Origin: a virus | Taxonomy: Duplodnaviria > Caudoviricetes | IMG/VR virus record: IMGVR_UViG_3300037483_000092 | Coordinates: 1-39,493 of that record | DNA: 39,493 nucleotides | Strand: one strand, 5' to 3' | Part shown: piece after piece, positions 18,068-28,231 of the stretch | Layout: every line of letters starts with the position of its first letter | Position numbering within the stretch: position 1 is the first letter of the stretch | Program-made: the position numbers and the translations under genes | Notes under the pieces: generated by a model | What the model was told of the DNA's origin: nothing | Database searches by the model: none | The model's input: the letters and a program-made list of their open reading frames with translations, nothing else

Positions 18068-21048
18068 TGTCGGCCAGAACCGTTCTGATCAACCTGGTCA
18101 TGCGGGACAACACGCGACGCGGAGCGGATTCCGCTCTGCGAAACGTGGACCGTATGGGTTCGGGGATGAAGAAGGCGGCTGTGGGCATGGTCGCGTCCTT
18201 CGGTGCGTTCAGTGCGGTCGACTTCCTGAAAGACTCCGTGAACGCGGCTTCAGACCTGTCCGAATCCATGTCCAAGAGCGCGGTCGTGTTCGGTAAGTCC
18301 AACGCGGCTGTCACGAAGTTCGCTTTGGGCGCGGCCAAGAGCATGGGTATCAGCAGGCAGGCCGCCACGGAGGCCACGGCCACCTTCGGTAACTTCCTGG
18401 GCGCGCTGGGGTTGACCCAGTCTAAGTCAGCGTCCATGTCCATGACCATGGTCAAGCTGGCTGGTGACATGGCGTCCTTCAACAACATTGACGCGACAGA
18501 GGTTCTCCTGGCCCTTCGCTCCGGCCTTGCTGGAGAAGCCGAACCTCTGAAGGCCTTCGGTGTGGACGTCTCCGATGCCGCGCTGCAGGTCGAAGCGCTC
18601 CGGGTGAAGATGAAGAAGACGGGGGACACGTTCACCGCGTCTCAGAAGGCCCAGCTAGCGTACGGGATCATCATGAGGCAGACGAAGACTGCCCAGGGTG
18701 ACTTCGCTCGAACGTCCGGCGGGCTGGCGAACCAGCAGAGGATTCTCGCGGCCAGAATCCAGGACGCGAAAGCCAAGATCGGAAAGTTCTTCCTCCCGGC
18801 CGTGATCGCTGTCTTCAAGGTGATGACGGAGAACCTGACCCCCGCTCTGATCGAGGTGATCTGGGGAATCAAGCAGCTGGGCAAGTGGGTCCGGTCCACG
18901 TCGATCTACACCCACCTGGTTCCCGCCCTGACCACAGCGGTGAAGTTCCTCGCGAGTAACTTCGTACCGGCTCTTAAAAAGACCGTTGAGGGGGTCAAGG
19001 CCTTCAGTGAGTGGATGAAGACAGGGTCCATCGGCGTATACATGATCAAGGGGGCGATCGTCGCTCTAGCCGTCGCGGTGACCGTGTTCGGGGCCATCGC
19101 GCTGGCCATCAAGGCCGTGACGATAGCCACGGCAGCGTGGAGCTTTGTCCTGTCGGCCAACCCGATCTTCTTGATCATCGTAGCTATCGGTGCTCTGGTC
19201 GGAGCGGTGATCTACGCGTACAAGAATTTCACCACCTTCAGGAACATCGTCAATGAGGCCTGGAGGGTGATCAAGCTAGCGGCCGTAGTCGCGTGGGAGA
19301 AGATCAAGCAGGCCGCTCAAATAGGGTGGGCCATCCTCAAGGTCATCTTCAAGATCCTGGTGATTGAGATCAACATCCTGATCAAATACTTCAAGATCTT
19401 CTGGGCAGTGGTCAGGGTGGCGTGGATCATCATCTCCACTGTGATCAAGATAGCGTGGGCGATCATCGGGCCGATCTTCCGGCTCATCACCAAGATCCTG
19501 ACCGTGACCCTGAAGAACGCCTTCACATTCATTGCCAACATCGTGAAGATCACCTGGATCGCCATTCAGATCTACATCAAACTGGCCTGGCTTCTCATTC
19601 GGGGCTACTTCAACGCACTGAAGTTCTTCATCATGCGTGTGCTCGCGCCAGTGATCCGGTGGCTTTACACCAACGTCGTCCGACCGGTGTTCAGCTCTGT
19701 CAGTTCATTCATCCGGTCGCACATGAACACGGTCAAGACCGTGATCAGCAATGTTTGGCGGAACGGGATCCGCCCCGTGTTCAACCTGCTGAAGTCGGCG
19801 CTGGGGGTGGTCAAGTCCGCGTTCTCATCCACCGTTTCCGGCATCCGGTCCATCTGGAACCGATTGATCGGCATCGCCAAGACGCCGGTCAACTTCATCA
19901 TCGGAATCTACAACGGCGGACTGGTTCCCATGGTCAACGGGATTGCCAGGCTGGCCGGTATCAATACCAGGCTGGACAAGCTGAACAAGTTCGCGGGCGG
20001 TGGAGTCATGCCCGGGTACGCCCCAGGGAGAGACTCTCTGCTGGCGGCCGTGTCTCCCGGGGAGTCCATCTTCCGGCCGGAGTTCACCAAGGCCGTCGGT
20101 TCGCGCTGGGTGGGACAGGCTAACGCCATGGCCAAGCGCAGAGGGTCAGCCGGGGTTCAGAAGTGGATGACCGGCGGGAACCGGATGGGAGGGGAGGGCA
20201 TTGGGTTCGCCAACGGCGGGATCGTCGGGGGCTTCGCCGGACGCTTCGCCGATGGAGGTGTGGCCGGATTCCTGAAGGGTTTGGGTGGCTGGCTGTTCAA
20301 TGCTCCGGAGAAGATCGCTAAGACTCTGCTGAACAAGCTCATGGGCGGGGGAGTTCCCGGCTCCGGCATGTTCCGGGACCTGATCGCCGGTATCCCTCGG
20401 TGGATCAAGGACAACATCTGGGGATGGATCAAGAAGCACCTCGGGGGAGCTGGCGGCCCGGGGATGAAGAAGGGCCTTGACTTCGCCAGAGCGCAGGCCG
20501 GGAAACCCTACGTCTGGGGAGGTGTCGGCCCTGGAGGGTATGACTGCTCCGGATTCCAAAGCGCGATCGTCAACGTGATCAAGGGAAGGAACCCCTATTC
20601 CCGGCTGTTCACCACCCACGGCTTCACCGGAGCCGTGGGTCCGGCCGGGTTCATGCGAGGGGCCAAGTCCGGTTTCCAGATGGGGATCACCCATGCCGGA
20701 GTGGGTCACATGGCGGGCACCCTCATGGGAGTCAACGTGGAATCGTCCGGTAGCAGGGGAGTCCGTACGGGTCCTGGCGCACGCGGTGCTGCAGACGGCC
20801 TCTTCACCACCCGGTACGGGCTCAGCGCGGACTCTGGGAGGCTCTCGCTCCAGCGTGGATGGAATCCACCCGTCTACAACGGCACGGGCCGTGTGGAACA
20901 TCTGGCGACGTCCGGGGCCGGAGGCGCTCCGGTGATCGCTAACTACGGGGTGATCGGGTCTCAGGTGGAGCTGGACCGGTGGCTGACCAAATCGTGGGAG
21001 CGGCTCACTCGCCATGACAAGATCCCTCCGGCCACCCGGAGGCGATGA
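18067..21048 (+). CDS. tape measure protein with C-terminal NlpC/P60 peptidase domain
   Basis: 993 aa; helical N-terminus, amphipathic W/F repeats, FAGGG motifs, GKPYVWGG..PGGYDCSG...GHM. Confidence 0.9.
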   Translation: MSARTVLINLVMRDNTRRGADSALRNVDRMGSGMKKAAVGMVASFGAFSAVDFLKDSVNAASDLSESMSKSAVVFGKSNAAVTKFALGAAKSMGISRQAATEATATFGNFLGALGLTQSKSASMSMTMVKLAGDMASFNNIDATEVLLALRSGLAGEAEPLKAFGVDVSDAALQVEALRVKMKKTGDTFTASQKAQLAYGIIMRQTKTAQGDFARTSGGLANQQRILAARIQDAKAKIGKFFLPAVIAVFKVMTENLTPALIEVIWGIKQLGKWVRSTSIYTHLVPALTTAVKFLASNFVPALKKTVEGVKAFSEWMKTGSIGVYMIKGAIVALAVAVTVFGAIALAIKAVTIATAAWSFVLSANPIFLIIVAIGALVGAVIYAYKNFTTFRNIVNEAWRVIKLAAVVAWEKIKQAAQIGWAILKVIFKILVIEINILIKYFKIFWAVVRVAWIIISTVIKIAWAIIGPIFRLITKILTVTLKNAFTFIANIVKITWIAIQIYIKLAWLLIRGYFNALKFFIMRVLAPVIRWLYTNVVRPVFSSVSSFIRSHMNTVKTVISNVWRNGIRPVFNLLKSALGVVKSAFSSTVSGIRSIWNRLIGIAKTPVNFIIGIYNGGLVPMVNGIARLAGINTRLDKLNKFAGGGVMPGYAPGRDSLLAAVSPGESIFRPEFTKAVGSRWVGQANAMAKRRGSAGVQKWMTGGNRMGGEGIGFANGGIVGGFAGRFADGGVAGFLKGLGGWLFNAPEKIAKTLLNKLMGGGVPGSGMFRDLIAGIPRWIKDNIWGWIKKHLGGAGGPGMKKGLDFARAQAGKPYVWGGVGPGGYDCSGFQSAIVNVIKGRNPYSRLFTTHGFTGAVGPAGFMRGAKSGFQMGITHAGVGHMAGTLMGVNVESSGSRGVRTGPGARGAADGLFTTRYGLSADSGRLSLQRGWNPPVYNGTGRVEHLATSGAGGAPVIANYGVIGSQVELDRWLTKSWERLTRHDKIPPATRRR

Positions 21049-21051
21049 CCT

Positions 21052-22962
21052 GTGGCGATCCTCTACACGATCTCGATCGACTGGAGCAACAACGGGACCT
21101 GGACGAACGTCGGGGAGGACGTCACCACCAGGACCCTTCAGGAGCTGTCGGTCACTTACGGCCGGAACATGGAGCGGGCGCTCAACCCCGTCGCCACCGG
21201 ATCGGCCAACCTGGAGCTCCTGAACACCAGCCGGGACTACTCACCGGAGAACTCCGGCTCTCCACTGGTCGGCAACATCCTTCCGGCGCGGCCACTCCGG
21301 ATCCAGGCCGCCACGATCCTGAACAGCAATCCGGCGTTCGATGAGAACACCACGGGTTGGTCCGCGTCCGGGAGCTCCACACTCGTCAGATCGTCCACGT
21401 TCGCCAGGTCCGGGACGACGTCGGGAAAACTGACTTCGGACGCGGCCCTGGATCCACGGGCGGAGGGGACCCAGGCTGCGGTCAGCCCTTCCACGTCCTA
21501 CCAGTACACAGGGCACCTGTACTCCCCCATCGGGCTACCGACCAACGTGGCCGTAGGGGTCAACTGGTACACATCGGCCCCTGCCTACATCTCCACCAGC
21601 CAGACGTCTGTGACGATCACCACAGGCCAGTGGACCAACGTCACGGCCACAGCGACATCCCCGGGGACTGCGGCCTTCGGTCAGATCGTATGGAAGTTCC
21701 AGGGCACCCCCGGGGCCGGAGCCGTTCTGTACGGCGATGACATGTACCTGACCCCTGCCATGACCACGATGTTCATGGGTCACATGGATGAGTACAAGGT
21801 CCTTCCCGAGCGTGGCGAGCGTTCGGTTCAGATCACCGCTCAAGACGCACTGGCCAAGCTGAAAGAGGCCAGGGTCACGACGGACCTGTACGAGATCATC
21901 AGGACCGGCGACGCGGTGACGGCCGTCCTGGACGCCATCGGATGGTCCGGGAGTCTCCGGGACATTGACAGCGGTGCGACGATCATGCGCTGGTGGGTGG
22001 TGGACGGGGATGACGCCTATACCGCGCTCACCAACATCATGGCGGCCGAAGGATCGCCGTCCCTGATCACGGTCGACTCCAGCGGAAGCATCGTGTTCCG
22101 TGACCGGCACCACCGATTCCTGCTCACCGCGTCCACCACAAGCCAGGCCACCTTCAGGGACACGGGGTCCGAGCCCCTGCTGTCGGCTCCGCTGGAGTAC
22201 GACCAGGGCTGGTCTGACATCGTCAATGACGTCTCTTTCGACGTGGACGAGAGAAACCCCGAATCGGCGCTGGGTGTGGTCTGGTCGTCAGAGCTGTCGT
22301 ACTTCGTCCCGAACGGGACCACGTACACGATCGTCGCAGCGTCCTCCGACCCGTTCTACGGAATGATCACACCTGTGTCCGGCACGGACTACCAGCTTCG
22401 CTCCGGCTCCGTGAACGTGACCATCTCCCGAACCCAGGGACTGTCAACGATCATCAGTATCGCGGCCACCGGAGACAGTGTCATCGACGGCCTGCAAGTC
22501 AGGGGCTATCTGGTACCGGTCAGCCGGACCGTCAGAGCGACGGCTTCGGACTCCACGTCGATCACGGCCTACGGCCGGAAGGCCGGGCCGGAGGACGCCG
22601 GAGCGGCCAGCCTGGAGGACGCCAAGGCGATAGCCGCGCTGGCGGTGGCCTACCGGAAGGACCCCCTTCCGATCGTCACCTTCGACGTCGTCGGAGCCAC
22701 CGGCCTGGAGACCAGGCTGACTCAGAACCTGGCCCGTGATCTCTCCGATCGGATCACGGTAGTTGAAGCGGAGCTGGGGCTGAACAGGGCGTTTTTCGTG
22801 GAGAACCTCACCCATCGCGTCCGTGAGGCCGGACTGGTTCATGTGACCAGCTACGGATGTGAGGCCGTGTCCACCAACTCCGCTTTGGACGACCCCTCCA
22901 CGATCTTCACCTTCGATCACGCCACACGGGGCAAGTTCGGGACGGGTAGGTTCGCCACATGA
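21052..22962 (+). CDS. minor tail/baseplate hub protein with inserted carbohydrate-binding-like domain
   Basis: Follows TMP; NPAFD..TTGW...GQWT.VT.T insert resembles CBM4/9; G.IVFRDR and DLSDRI.V motifs. Confidence 0.75.
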   Translation: MAILYTISIDWSNNGTWTNVGEDVTTRTLQELSVTYGRNMERALNPVATGSANLELLNTSRDYSPENSGSPLVGNILPARPLRIQAATILNSNPAFDENTTGWSASGSSTLVRSSTFARSGTTSGKLTSDAALDPRAEGTQAAVSPSTSYQYTGHLYSPIGLPTNVAVGVNWYTSAPAYISTSQTSVTITTGQWTNVTATATSPGTAAFGQIVWKFQGTPGAGAVLYGDDMYLTPAMTTMFMGHMDEYKVLPERGERSVQITAQDALAKLKEARVTTDLYEIIRTGDAVTAVLDAIGWSGSLRDIDSGATIMRWWVVDGDDAYTALTNIMAAEGSPSLITVDSSGSIVFRDRHHRFLLTASTTSQATFRDTGSEPLLSAPLEYDQGWSDIVNDVSFDVDERNPESALGVVWSSELSYFVPNGTTYTIVAASSDPFYGMITPVSGTDYQLRSGSVNVTISRTQGLSTIISIAATGDSVIDGLQVRGYLVPVSRTVRATASDSTSITAYGRKAGPEDAGAASLEDAKAIAALAVAYRKDPLPIVTFDVVGATGLETRLTQNLARDLSDRITVVEAELGLNRAFFVENLTHRVREAGLVHVTSYGCEAVSTNSALDDPSTIFTFDHATRGKFGTGRFAT

Positions 22963-23477
22963 CAGATCTCGTACCGGTGACACCCGGGGAGCTGGTTCCC
23001 TACGGCATCTCGAACGCTCCGGTTCTGAAGCCGAAGCAGATGCGCAAGCTGGCCCGCCGGTTCGCCGGAGAGCTGGCCCGCCGGAACAAGCCCGGTCAGC
23101 TGATTATCTGGAGATCGACGTGCGTACGTGCCTACGTCTATCGCGGGCGCTGGGTCGGGGACTGCCCGGTGGAGGGCTGCAAGAACGCGGAATATCTGAC
23201 GGTCGAACCCCTGTACGCGAACAGGTACTCGAAAGAGAGCCGGTGGGACCGTAAGGACTACTTCATCTGCAGCAACCGGCAGTGCGGGACCGTGACCCAG
23301 TCGATCGTCTTCCCCCATGACGCGGACGATATCGAAAACGTCCTGAATCTCAGGCCCCTGGCGATGACGCGGAACTGGTATCCGGCCGGTCACATCACGG
23401 CCGTCCAGCACGGGGTCGAGGACGGGCAGACCGTGGCCGAACTGATCCAGGAGAACATAGATCACGGGGTGATGTGA
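22959..23477 (+). CDS. hypothetical protein, Cys-containing
   Basis: GRWVGDCP...C and C....C motifs; ATGA overlap. Confidence 0.65.
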   Translation: MTDLVPVTPGELVPYGISNAPVLKPKQMRKLARRFAGELARRNKPGQLIIWRSTCVRAYVYRGRWVGDCPVEGCKNAEYLTVEPLYANRYSKESRWDRKDYFICSNRQCGTVTQSIVFPHDADDIENVLNLRPLAMTRNWYPAGHITAVQHGVEDGQTVAELIQENIDHGVM

Positions 23478-24019
23478 TGGCCTGGACGTCTCCTCCGACC
23501 GTGGTTGCCAAGGACCTGGTCACAGCGTCTCTGTGGAACACATCCGTCCGGGACAACCTGAACGTGTGCGCGGTCGCGCTGGCCACGGCGTCAGGACGGA
23601 TGTTCTGTGCCACGGCAGCCAATGCCATGGCACAGCGGACGCCTGACAGGGCGCTGGTCGCCACCGGACAGACCAGAACCCTCACCACCTATGGGGACTT
23701 GACCACGGTCGGTCCGGCCGTCACCGGGACCACCGGGGTACGGGCGCTGGCGTCCTGGGGGGCGATCATGTCCAACAGCACGGCCGGGCTGGGGGCGCGC
23801 ATGGCGTGCGACATCTCCGGGGCAACGACATCGGCAGCGGATGACACGAACTCCGCCGCGTGTGAATCGGGCAACGCCAACGACGGGTTTCAGATCAGCT
23901 GGACGACTATCTTCAATCCGATCACTGCCGGAAGCTCCACCTTCACGGCGAAATACCGGGCCATCGGCGGGGGTACCGCGTCCTTCACCACCCGCATCAT
24001 GACCTTGATCCCGTTCTGA
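23477..24019 (+). CDS. minor tail/fiber protein, paralog 1
   Basis: MAWTSP.T.....TAS.WN..VRDNL N-terminus; ends IPF. Confidence 0.75.
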   Translation: MAWTSPPTVVAKDLVTASLWNTSVRDNLNVCAVALATASGRMFCATAANAMAQRTPDRALVATGQTRTLTTYGDLTTVGPAVTGTTGVRALASWGAIMSNSTAGLGARMACDISGATTSAADDTNSAACESGNANDGFQISWTTIFNPITAGSSTFTAKYRAIGGGTASFTTRIMTLIPF

Positions 24020-24031
24020 GAGGGGACCGCC

Positions 24032-24574
24032 ATGGCCTGGACCTCGCCCCTGACAGCGATCGCGGACACGACCCTGACCGCCGCTCAGTGGAACACCTTC
24101 CTCCGGGACAACCTGAACGCACAGGGGCCGACGTCGGCCACGGCGGCCGGGCAGTTGCTCGTCACTACAGGGTTCGGCGGGCTGACCATGCGGACCCCGG
24201 GAGTCACCTTCGTCTCCACCTCGGACACTACCGACAGTGCCTCTTATGTGGATCTTGATCCCAGTGGGGCGGAGGTCACGGCGATCACGGGGAACAAGGC
24301 CATGGTCACGATCGGTTCCGGCATCTCCAACTCCACGGCCGGAGCAGGAGGCCGGGCGTCCATCGACCTGTCCGGCGACACGGAGCGAGTGGCTGATGAG
24401 GTCAACGTGGTGGCCGGAGATTCCGGCAACGCCAGCGACTTCTTCAAGCTGACCTGGACGACGATCTACAGCCCGCTCAACCCCGGAACCAACATCTTCG
24501 GCATGAGGTACCGGGCGGCCGGAGGCGGAATCGCTACGTTCAACGACCGGCTGATGATGGTCGTCCCTTTTTGA
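24032..24574 (+). CDS. minor tail/fiber protein, paralog 2
   Basis: MAWTSP...TAAQWNTFLRDNL; ends VPF. Confidence 0.75.
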   Translation: MAWTSPLTAIADTTLTAAQWNTFLRDNLNAQGPTSATAAGQLLVTTGFGGLTMRTPGVTFVSTSDTTDSASYVDLDPSGAEVTAITGNKAMVTIGSGISNSTAGAGGRASIDLSGDTERVADEVNVVAGDSGNASDFFKLTWTTIYSPLNPGTNIFGMRYRAAGGGIATFNDRLMMVVPF

Positions 24575-24588
24575 AAGGAGCTGGAGCT

Positions 24589-25137
24589 ATGGCGTGGTCC
24601 TCTCCCTTCACGGCCGTGACCGGGAACGTCTTCACGGCGTCTCAGTGGAACCAGTACGGCCGGGACAATCTTCGAGTGTCAGAGGCTGCTGTCGCCCTGT
24701 CAGCCGGAGGGCTGATCTGCACCACGGCGGCGAACACCCTGATTCAGCGCAACCCCGACGTTCTGATGATCCCGTTCTATGACTCCACGACCACGACCAC
24801 CTACGTGGATCTACCCCTCATCTCCGGCCCTGCCATCACGGTGGCGAACGGGACGGCCTGCCTGATCTCCGTCGGAAGCCTGCTCTACAACGACACGGCC
24901 GGGCTTGGTTCCCGGATCACTTTCGCTCTCTCCGGCTCAAACACCCTGTCGGCCACGGACGACAACAGCTTCTACGCCGAATCCGGTACGGCGAAGGACA
25001 CCTTCCATGGGACCTGGACCGGTGTCCGAACAGGCATGACGGCCGGGTCCACTACATTTACCGTCAAGTACCGGACCACGGCCGGGGGCGGAACCTCCAC
25101 CTTCGCGCACCGTGTGATCGCCGTGGTCCCCTTCTAA
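24589..25137 (+). CDS. minor tail/fiber protein, paralog 3
   Basis: MAWSSP...TASQWNQYGRDNL; ends VPF; GGAG RBS. Confidence 0.75.
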   Translation: MAWSSPFTAVTGNVFTASQWNQYGRDNLRVSEAAVALSAGGLICTTAANTLIQRNPDVLMIPFYDSTTTTTYVDLPLISGPAITVANGTACLISVGSLLYNDTAGLGSRITFALSGSNTLSATDDNSFYAESGTAKDTFHGTWTGVRTGMTAGSTTFTVKYRTTAGGGTSTFAHRVIAVVPF

Positions 25138-25149
25138 CGAAAGATCAAG

Positions 25150-25668
25150 ATGACCCTGGAAGAACTTGAAGTCGCCGTCGGTCTGCTGGCCGGACGGATG
25201 ACCATTCTGGAGACGTCCATGCCCACGCTAGAGGAGACGTTGTTCTCCACCGTGATCACGACGTGGAACGGGTCCACGACCTTCACCAGCGGACCGCGCA
25301 TGACGCTCATGGCAGCCCCGTTCCCGATCCGGATCCTGAGCATGGACATCTCGATCGAGTACTCAAGCCTGGGGTCGGGTCAGCCCGCCGTGGTGGGGTC
25401 GAACACCAACTACTGGCGGCTGACCCTGGAACGCGGCCTGCCGACCGGAAGCTTCCCCGACATGGCCAGCAAGACCACCCAGCTCGCGGGAGCGGAAGCA
25501 GGCGGGGAGATCCTGACCCGTAAGGCCTGGTCGTTCGACTCCGCCAACTGGAACGGGGACAGGGATCTGGACAAGGGCGATCTGCTCTGCCTTCTCTGGG
25601 CCGATACGGGAACCCCGACCACGGTCCGGCTTCCGATGACGGCGACCGTGAGGTACGCGGCGCTGTGA
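25150..25668 (+). CDS. putative virion protein
   Basis: Short coiled-coil N-terminus, beta-rich C-terminus; in tail region. Confidence 0.6.
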   Translation: MTLEELEVAVGLLAGRMTILETSMPTLEETLFSTVITTWNGSTTFTSGPRMTLMAAPFPIRILSMDISIEYSSLGSGQPAVVGSNTNYWRLTLERGLPTGSFPDMASKTTQLAGAEAGGEILTRKAWSFDSANWNGDRDLDKGDLLCLLWADTGTPTTVRLPMTATVRYAAL

Positions 25669-26558
25669 CCCACACCAGACCCTGGCCACTGATCAGCCCA
25701 TCCGATGCCGTCCTGGTCAACCACGTCTCGGATACCCACTGGGGTTACCGGGACTGGTCGGACGAAGAGGGCGACACGATGCTGCAGGACTACGCCGAAG
25801 GACTCGTACCCGTGGTGGACCTGTTCCTCCACACCGGGGACATCGTGGACCACGGGCTGAGCACAGAGGACGACTACGCGGTGCCGTGGCTGACCACGGC
25901 CGGATGCCCTGCCGGAGCGTCCCTGTGGGTCATGGGCAACCATGACATCCGGGGCCGGTCGACGCACACCCGACAGGCGTGGGAGACGGCCTACGGCCGG
26001 GACGCCAACACCTACGTCGACGTCAAGGGGATCCGGTTCCTCACGATCACCGTGGACGACTTCTCCCTTGAGGACTCCCAGTGGACGGTTCCGCCGGAGA
26101 GCTGGGAGTGGGCGGCCGACATGGCGACGGAGCACGACGGGCCTGTCGTGTTCTGTGATCACTATCCACCGATGGAGTTCGGGGGCCTGCTGACCCAGGA
26201 CGCGCTACTCCCCCAGGCCTCGCTGAACGACCTGTTCGAGGACTGCCCGAACATCGTCGGCATGATGTGCGGTCACCTCCACCGGAACCTGGACGATCCG
26301 ACGCTGGCATCGTTCGTGACGCTCGGCGGCCGGACGGTCCCCCTGCTCACGGACATCTCCTCCATGCTGTCACTCGAGGGGGAGCCGGGCCGGGACGAAT
26401 CCGCCAAGATTCAGAGCACGTCGGCCTACGTGGAGATCCTTCCGGACACCTGGCGCGTCCGGTACCGGCGACACGGTAGCCATGCCTGGGGCGGCCCTGA
26501 CGACCAGCGTGTGACCACGATGGACCTGACCGGATACACGGTGACCAGGGGGATGTGA
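25665..26558 (+). CDS. calcineurin-like metallophosphoesterase
   Basis: SDTH, TGDIVD, GNHD, DHYP, GHLH motifs. Confidence 0.9.
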   Translation: MTHTRPWPLISPSDAVLVNHVSDTHWGYRDWSDEEGDTMLQDYAEGLVPVVDLFLHTGDIVDHGLSTEDDYAVPWLTTAGCPAGASLWVMGNHDIRGRSTHTRQAWETAYGRDANTYVDVKGIRFLTITVDDFSLEDSQWTVPPESWEWAADMATEHDGPVVFCDHYPPMEFGGLLTQDALLPQASLNDLFEDCPNIVGMMCGHLHRNLDDPTLASFVTLGGRTVPLLTDISSMLSLEGEPGRDESAKIQSTSAYVEILPDTWRVRYRRHGSHAWGGPDDQRVTTMDLTGYTVTRGM

Positions 26559-26576
26559 TCGAGTCGGAGGTGTTGG

Positions 26577-26816
26577 GTGTGGCAAAAGATCTTTACCGCG
26601 ATCAGGGATCTGGTCCTGCTGGGAGTCGGAGCGTTCGGCATCTACACGGAGACAATGAAGGATCAGCCCAGCGTGACCGTGATTCTCGCGTACGCGGCGG
26701 TGGCCACCAGCGCGGGAACCCTGGCCGCCCTGTGGCTGGGCAGATCTGGGACGAGCGAACCTACCGGATCACCATCCTCTACATCACCGCCTTCGTCCTC
26801 TGCCTCTGGCCAGTGA
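26577..26816 (+). CDS. membrane protein, holin-like
   Basis: GGAGG RBS; two TM segments; in lysis cassette. Confidence 0.6.
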   Translation: MWQKIFTAIRDLVLLGVGAFGIYTETMKDQPSVTVILAYAAVATSAGTLAALWLGRSGTSEPTGSPSSTSPPSSSASGQ

Positions 26817-26829
26817 TCGAGATCGGTAA

Positions 26830-27096
26830 GTGGATCTGGTGAAGGGCGCGGCCGAATACCCACAGAAGACGTTTCGCAATGCCTACACGCTGGTGATCAT
26901 GTTCATCTCGTTCGCCGTTCTGGCCATCGGCGGATACTCCTACACCCACCACGTCCAGCGCCAGGCCGACCACCAATGGTGCGCCCTGCTGATCGCGGTA
27001 GCCCAGCCTCCGCCCTCCGACCCGCTACCGACCCAGCGCCAGGAACGCACGTACCAGCTCCTGAAGGACCTGGCCAGAGACAAGGGATGCACATGA
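26830..27096 (+). CDS. membrane protein of lysis cassette
   Basis: One TM, WC motif and C-terminal Cys; start uncertain. Confidence 0.6.
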   Translation: MDLVKGAAEYPQKTFRNAYTLVIMFISFAVLAIGGYSYTHHVQRQADHQWCALLIAVAQPPPSDPLPTQRQERTYQLLKDLARDKGCT

Positions 27097-27941
27097 CGAT
27101 CTTCGGTATCGACTACGCCTGGGGCCGTCCGTCGGTCGCCAGCATGATGGCGGCGGGCGTGAAGTTCGCGGCCCGTTACCTCTCCCACGACACCAGTGGC
27201 AAGAACCTGTCCAGGTCTGAGGCGGACAGGCTGGCCAAAGCCGGGATCTGGTGTGTGGTCGTCTGGGAGACCACGGCGTCACGGGCGAAGACCGGGGGGC
27301 GCGCTGGCGGCGCGGCCGACGCGAAGGCGGCACAGAGCCAGGCCGCCCTGTGCGGGATGCCGGGATCGAGGCCTATCTACTTCGCCGTGGACTTCGACGC
27401 GCAGAAGGCAGACTGGCCGAAGATCACGGAGTACTTCAAAGGAGTGATCTCCGTTCTCGACCTGGGGCGCGTCGGCATGTACGGCGGATACGACCCGATC
27501 CGCTGGGGCTTCGATGACCACCTGATCACGTGGGGCTGGCAGACGTACGCCTGGAGCGGCGGCCGGAGAGACCAGCGGATCCACCTGTACCAGTACCTGA
27601 ACGATCAGCGCGTGGGCGGGGTCGACTGTGATTACGACCTGGCTTACAAGACCGACTACGGGCAGTGGAAACCGGGCGTCCTCCCGACCGTTCCGGTAGA
27701 ACCCCCGGCATATCCGCCGTTCCCGGGACGGATCATCACCCAGCCTCCGATCATGAGAGGTGCCGACGTCAAGGTCTGGCAAACGCAGATGAAGAAACGC
27801 GGCTGGCGGGTCGACGCGGACGGGGCGTTCGGCTCGGGCTCCGAACGGGTCCTGCGCGCTTTCCAGGACGAGAAGGGCATGATGGTCGATGGGGTCCTCG
27901 GGCCTCTGTCATGGCGTGCCGCATGGACGGCACCGAGATAA
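27093..27941 (+). CDS. endolysin: DUF1906/GH25-like muramidase plus peptidoglycan-binding domain
   Basis: GIDY, RYLS, IYFAVDFD, WQTYAWS; C-terminal DG.FG...FQ...DG.LGP..W. Confidence 0.88.
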   Translation: MTIFGIDYAWGRPSVASMMAAGVKFAARYLSHDTSGKNLSRSEADRLAKAGIWCVVVWETTASRAKTGGRAGGAADAKAAQSQAALCGMPGSRPIYFAVDFDAQKADWPKITEYFKGVISVLDLGRVGMYGGYDPIRWGFDDHLITWGWQTYAWSGGRRDQRIHLYQYLNDQRVGGVDCDYDLAYKTDYGQWKPGVLPTVPVEPPAYPPFPGRIITQPPIMRGADVKVWQTQMKKRGWRVDADGAFGSGSERVLRAFQDEKGMMVDGVLGPLSWRAAWTAPR

Positions 27942-27953
27942 GGAGATGGCCGG

Positions 27954-28121
27954 ATGCTGGCCAGGTACAGGAAGTTCATCTGGGCTGGGGCTGCAGCTGC
28001 GGCCACGGCTCTCGGGGCCGTCCTCACGGACGGGATCACCAATCAGGAATGGCTCTACGTGGCGGTGACCGCGCTCGCTGCCGTCGGAGTGATCATCACC
28101 CCGAACGCTCCGAAGCAGTAG
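27954..28121 (+). CDS. holin
   Basis: Read manually: MLARYRKFIWAGAAAAATALGAVLTDGITNQEWLYVAVTALAAVGVIITPNAPKQ; two TMs, AGGAG RBS; missed by ORF track. Confidence 0.75.
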   Translation: MLARYRKFIWAGAAAAATALGAVLTDGITNQEWLYVAVTALAAVGVIITPNAPKQ

Positions 28122-28142
28122 ACTCCGGCCCGGGGTGGAGCG

Positions 28143-28180
28143 AAGGCCTGACGCGTTTGGAGATCCGCGTCAGGCCTTTT
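28143..28180. terminator. intrinsic terminator between convergent arms
   Basis: AAGGCCTGACGCG / CGCGTCAGGCCTT inverted repeat followed by T run. Confidence 0.8.
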
Positions 28181-28231
28181 GCCATGTCACTGTCCGTGCT
28201 TGCCTGACTCAGCGCCTGTAATCGGCCCAGG

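Noticed and set aside
18900-19900. Lower-GC hydrophobic segment as a foreign insertion
   Set aside because: Explained by Ile/Lys/Phe/Trp-rich amphipathic repeats normal for tape measure proteins.
23477-25137. Diversity-generating retroelement behind the three tail paralogs
   Set aside because: Divergence covers whole genes rather than adenine-specific changes in a near-identical repeat; no reverse transcriptase in the window.
669-28042. Long minus-strand ORFs over the structural operon (e.g. 2509..3954, 12626..14125, 20146..21015)
   Set aside because: Antisense shadows typical of high-GC coding DNA; they overlap well-supported plus-strand genes and lack motifs.
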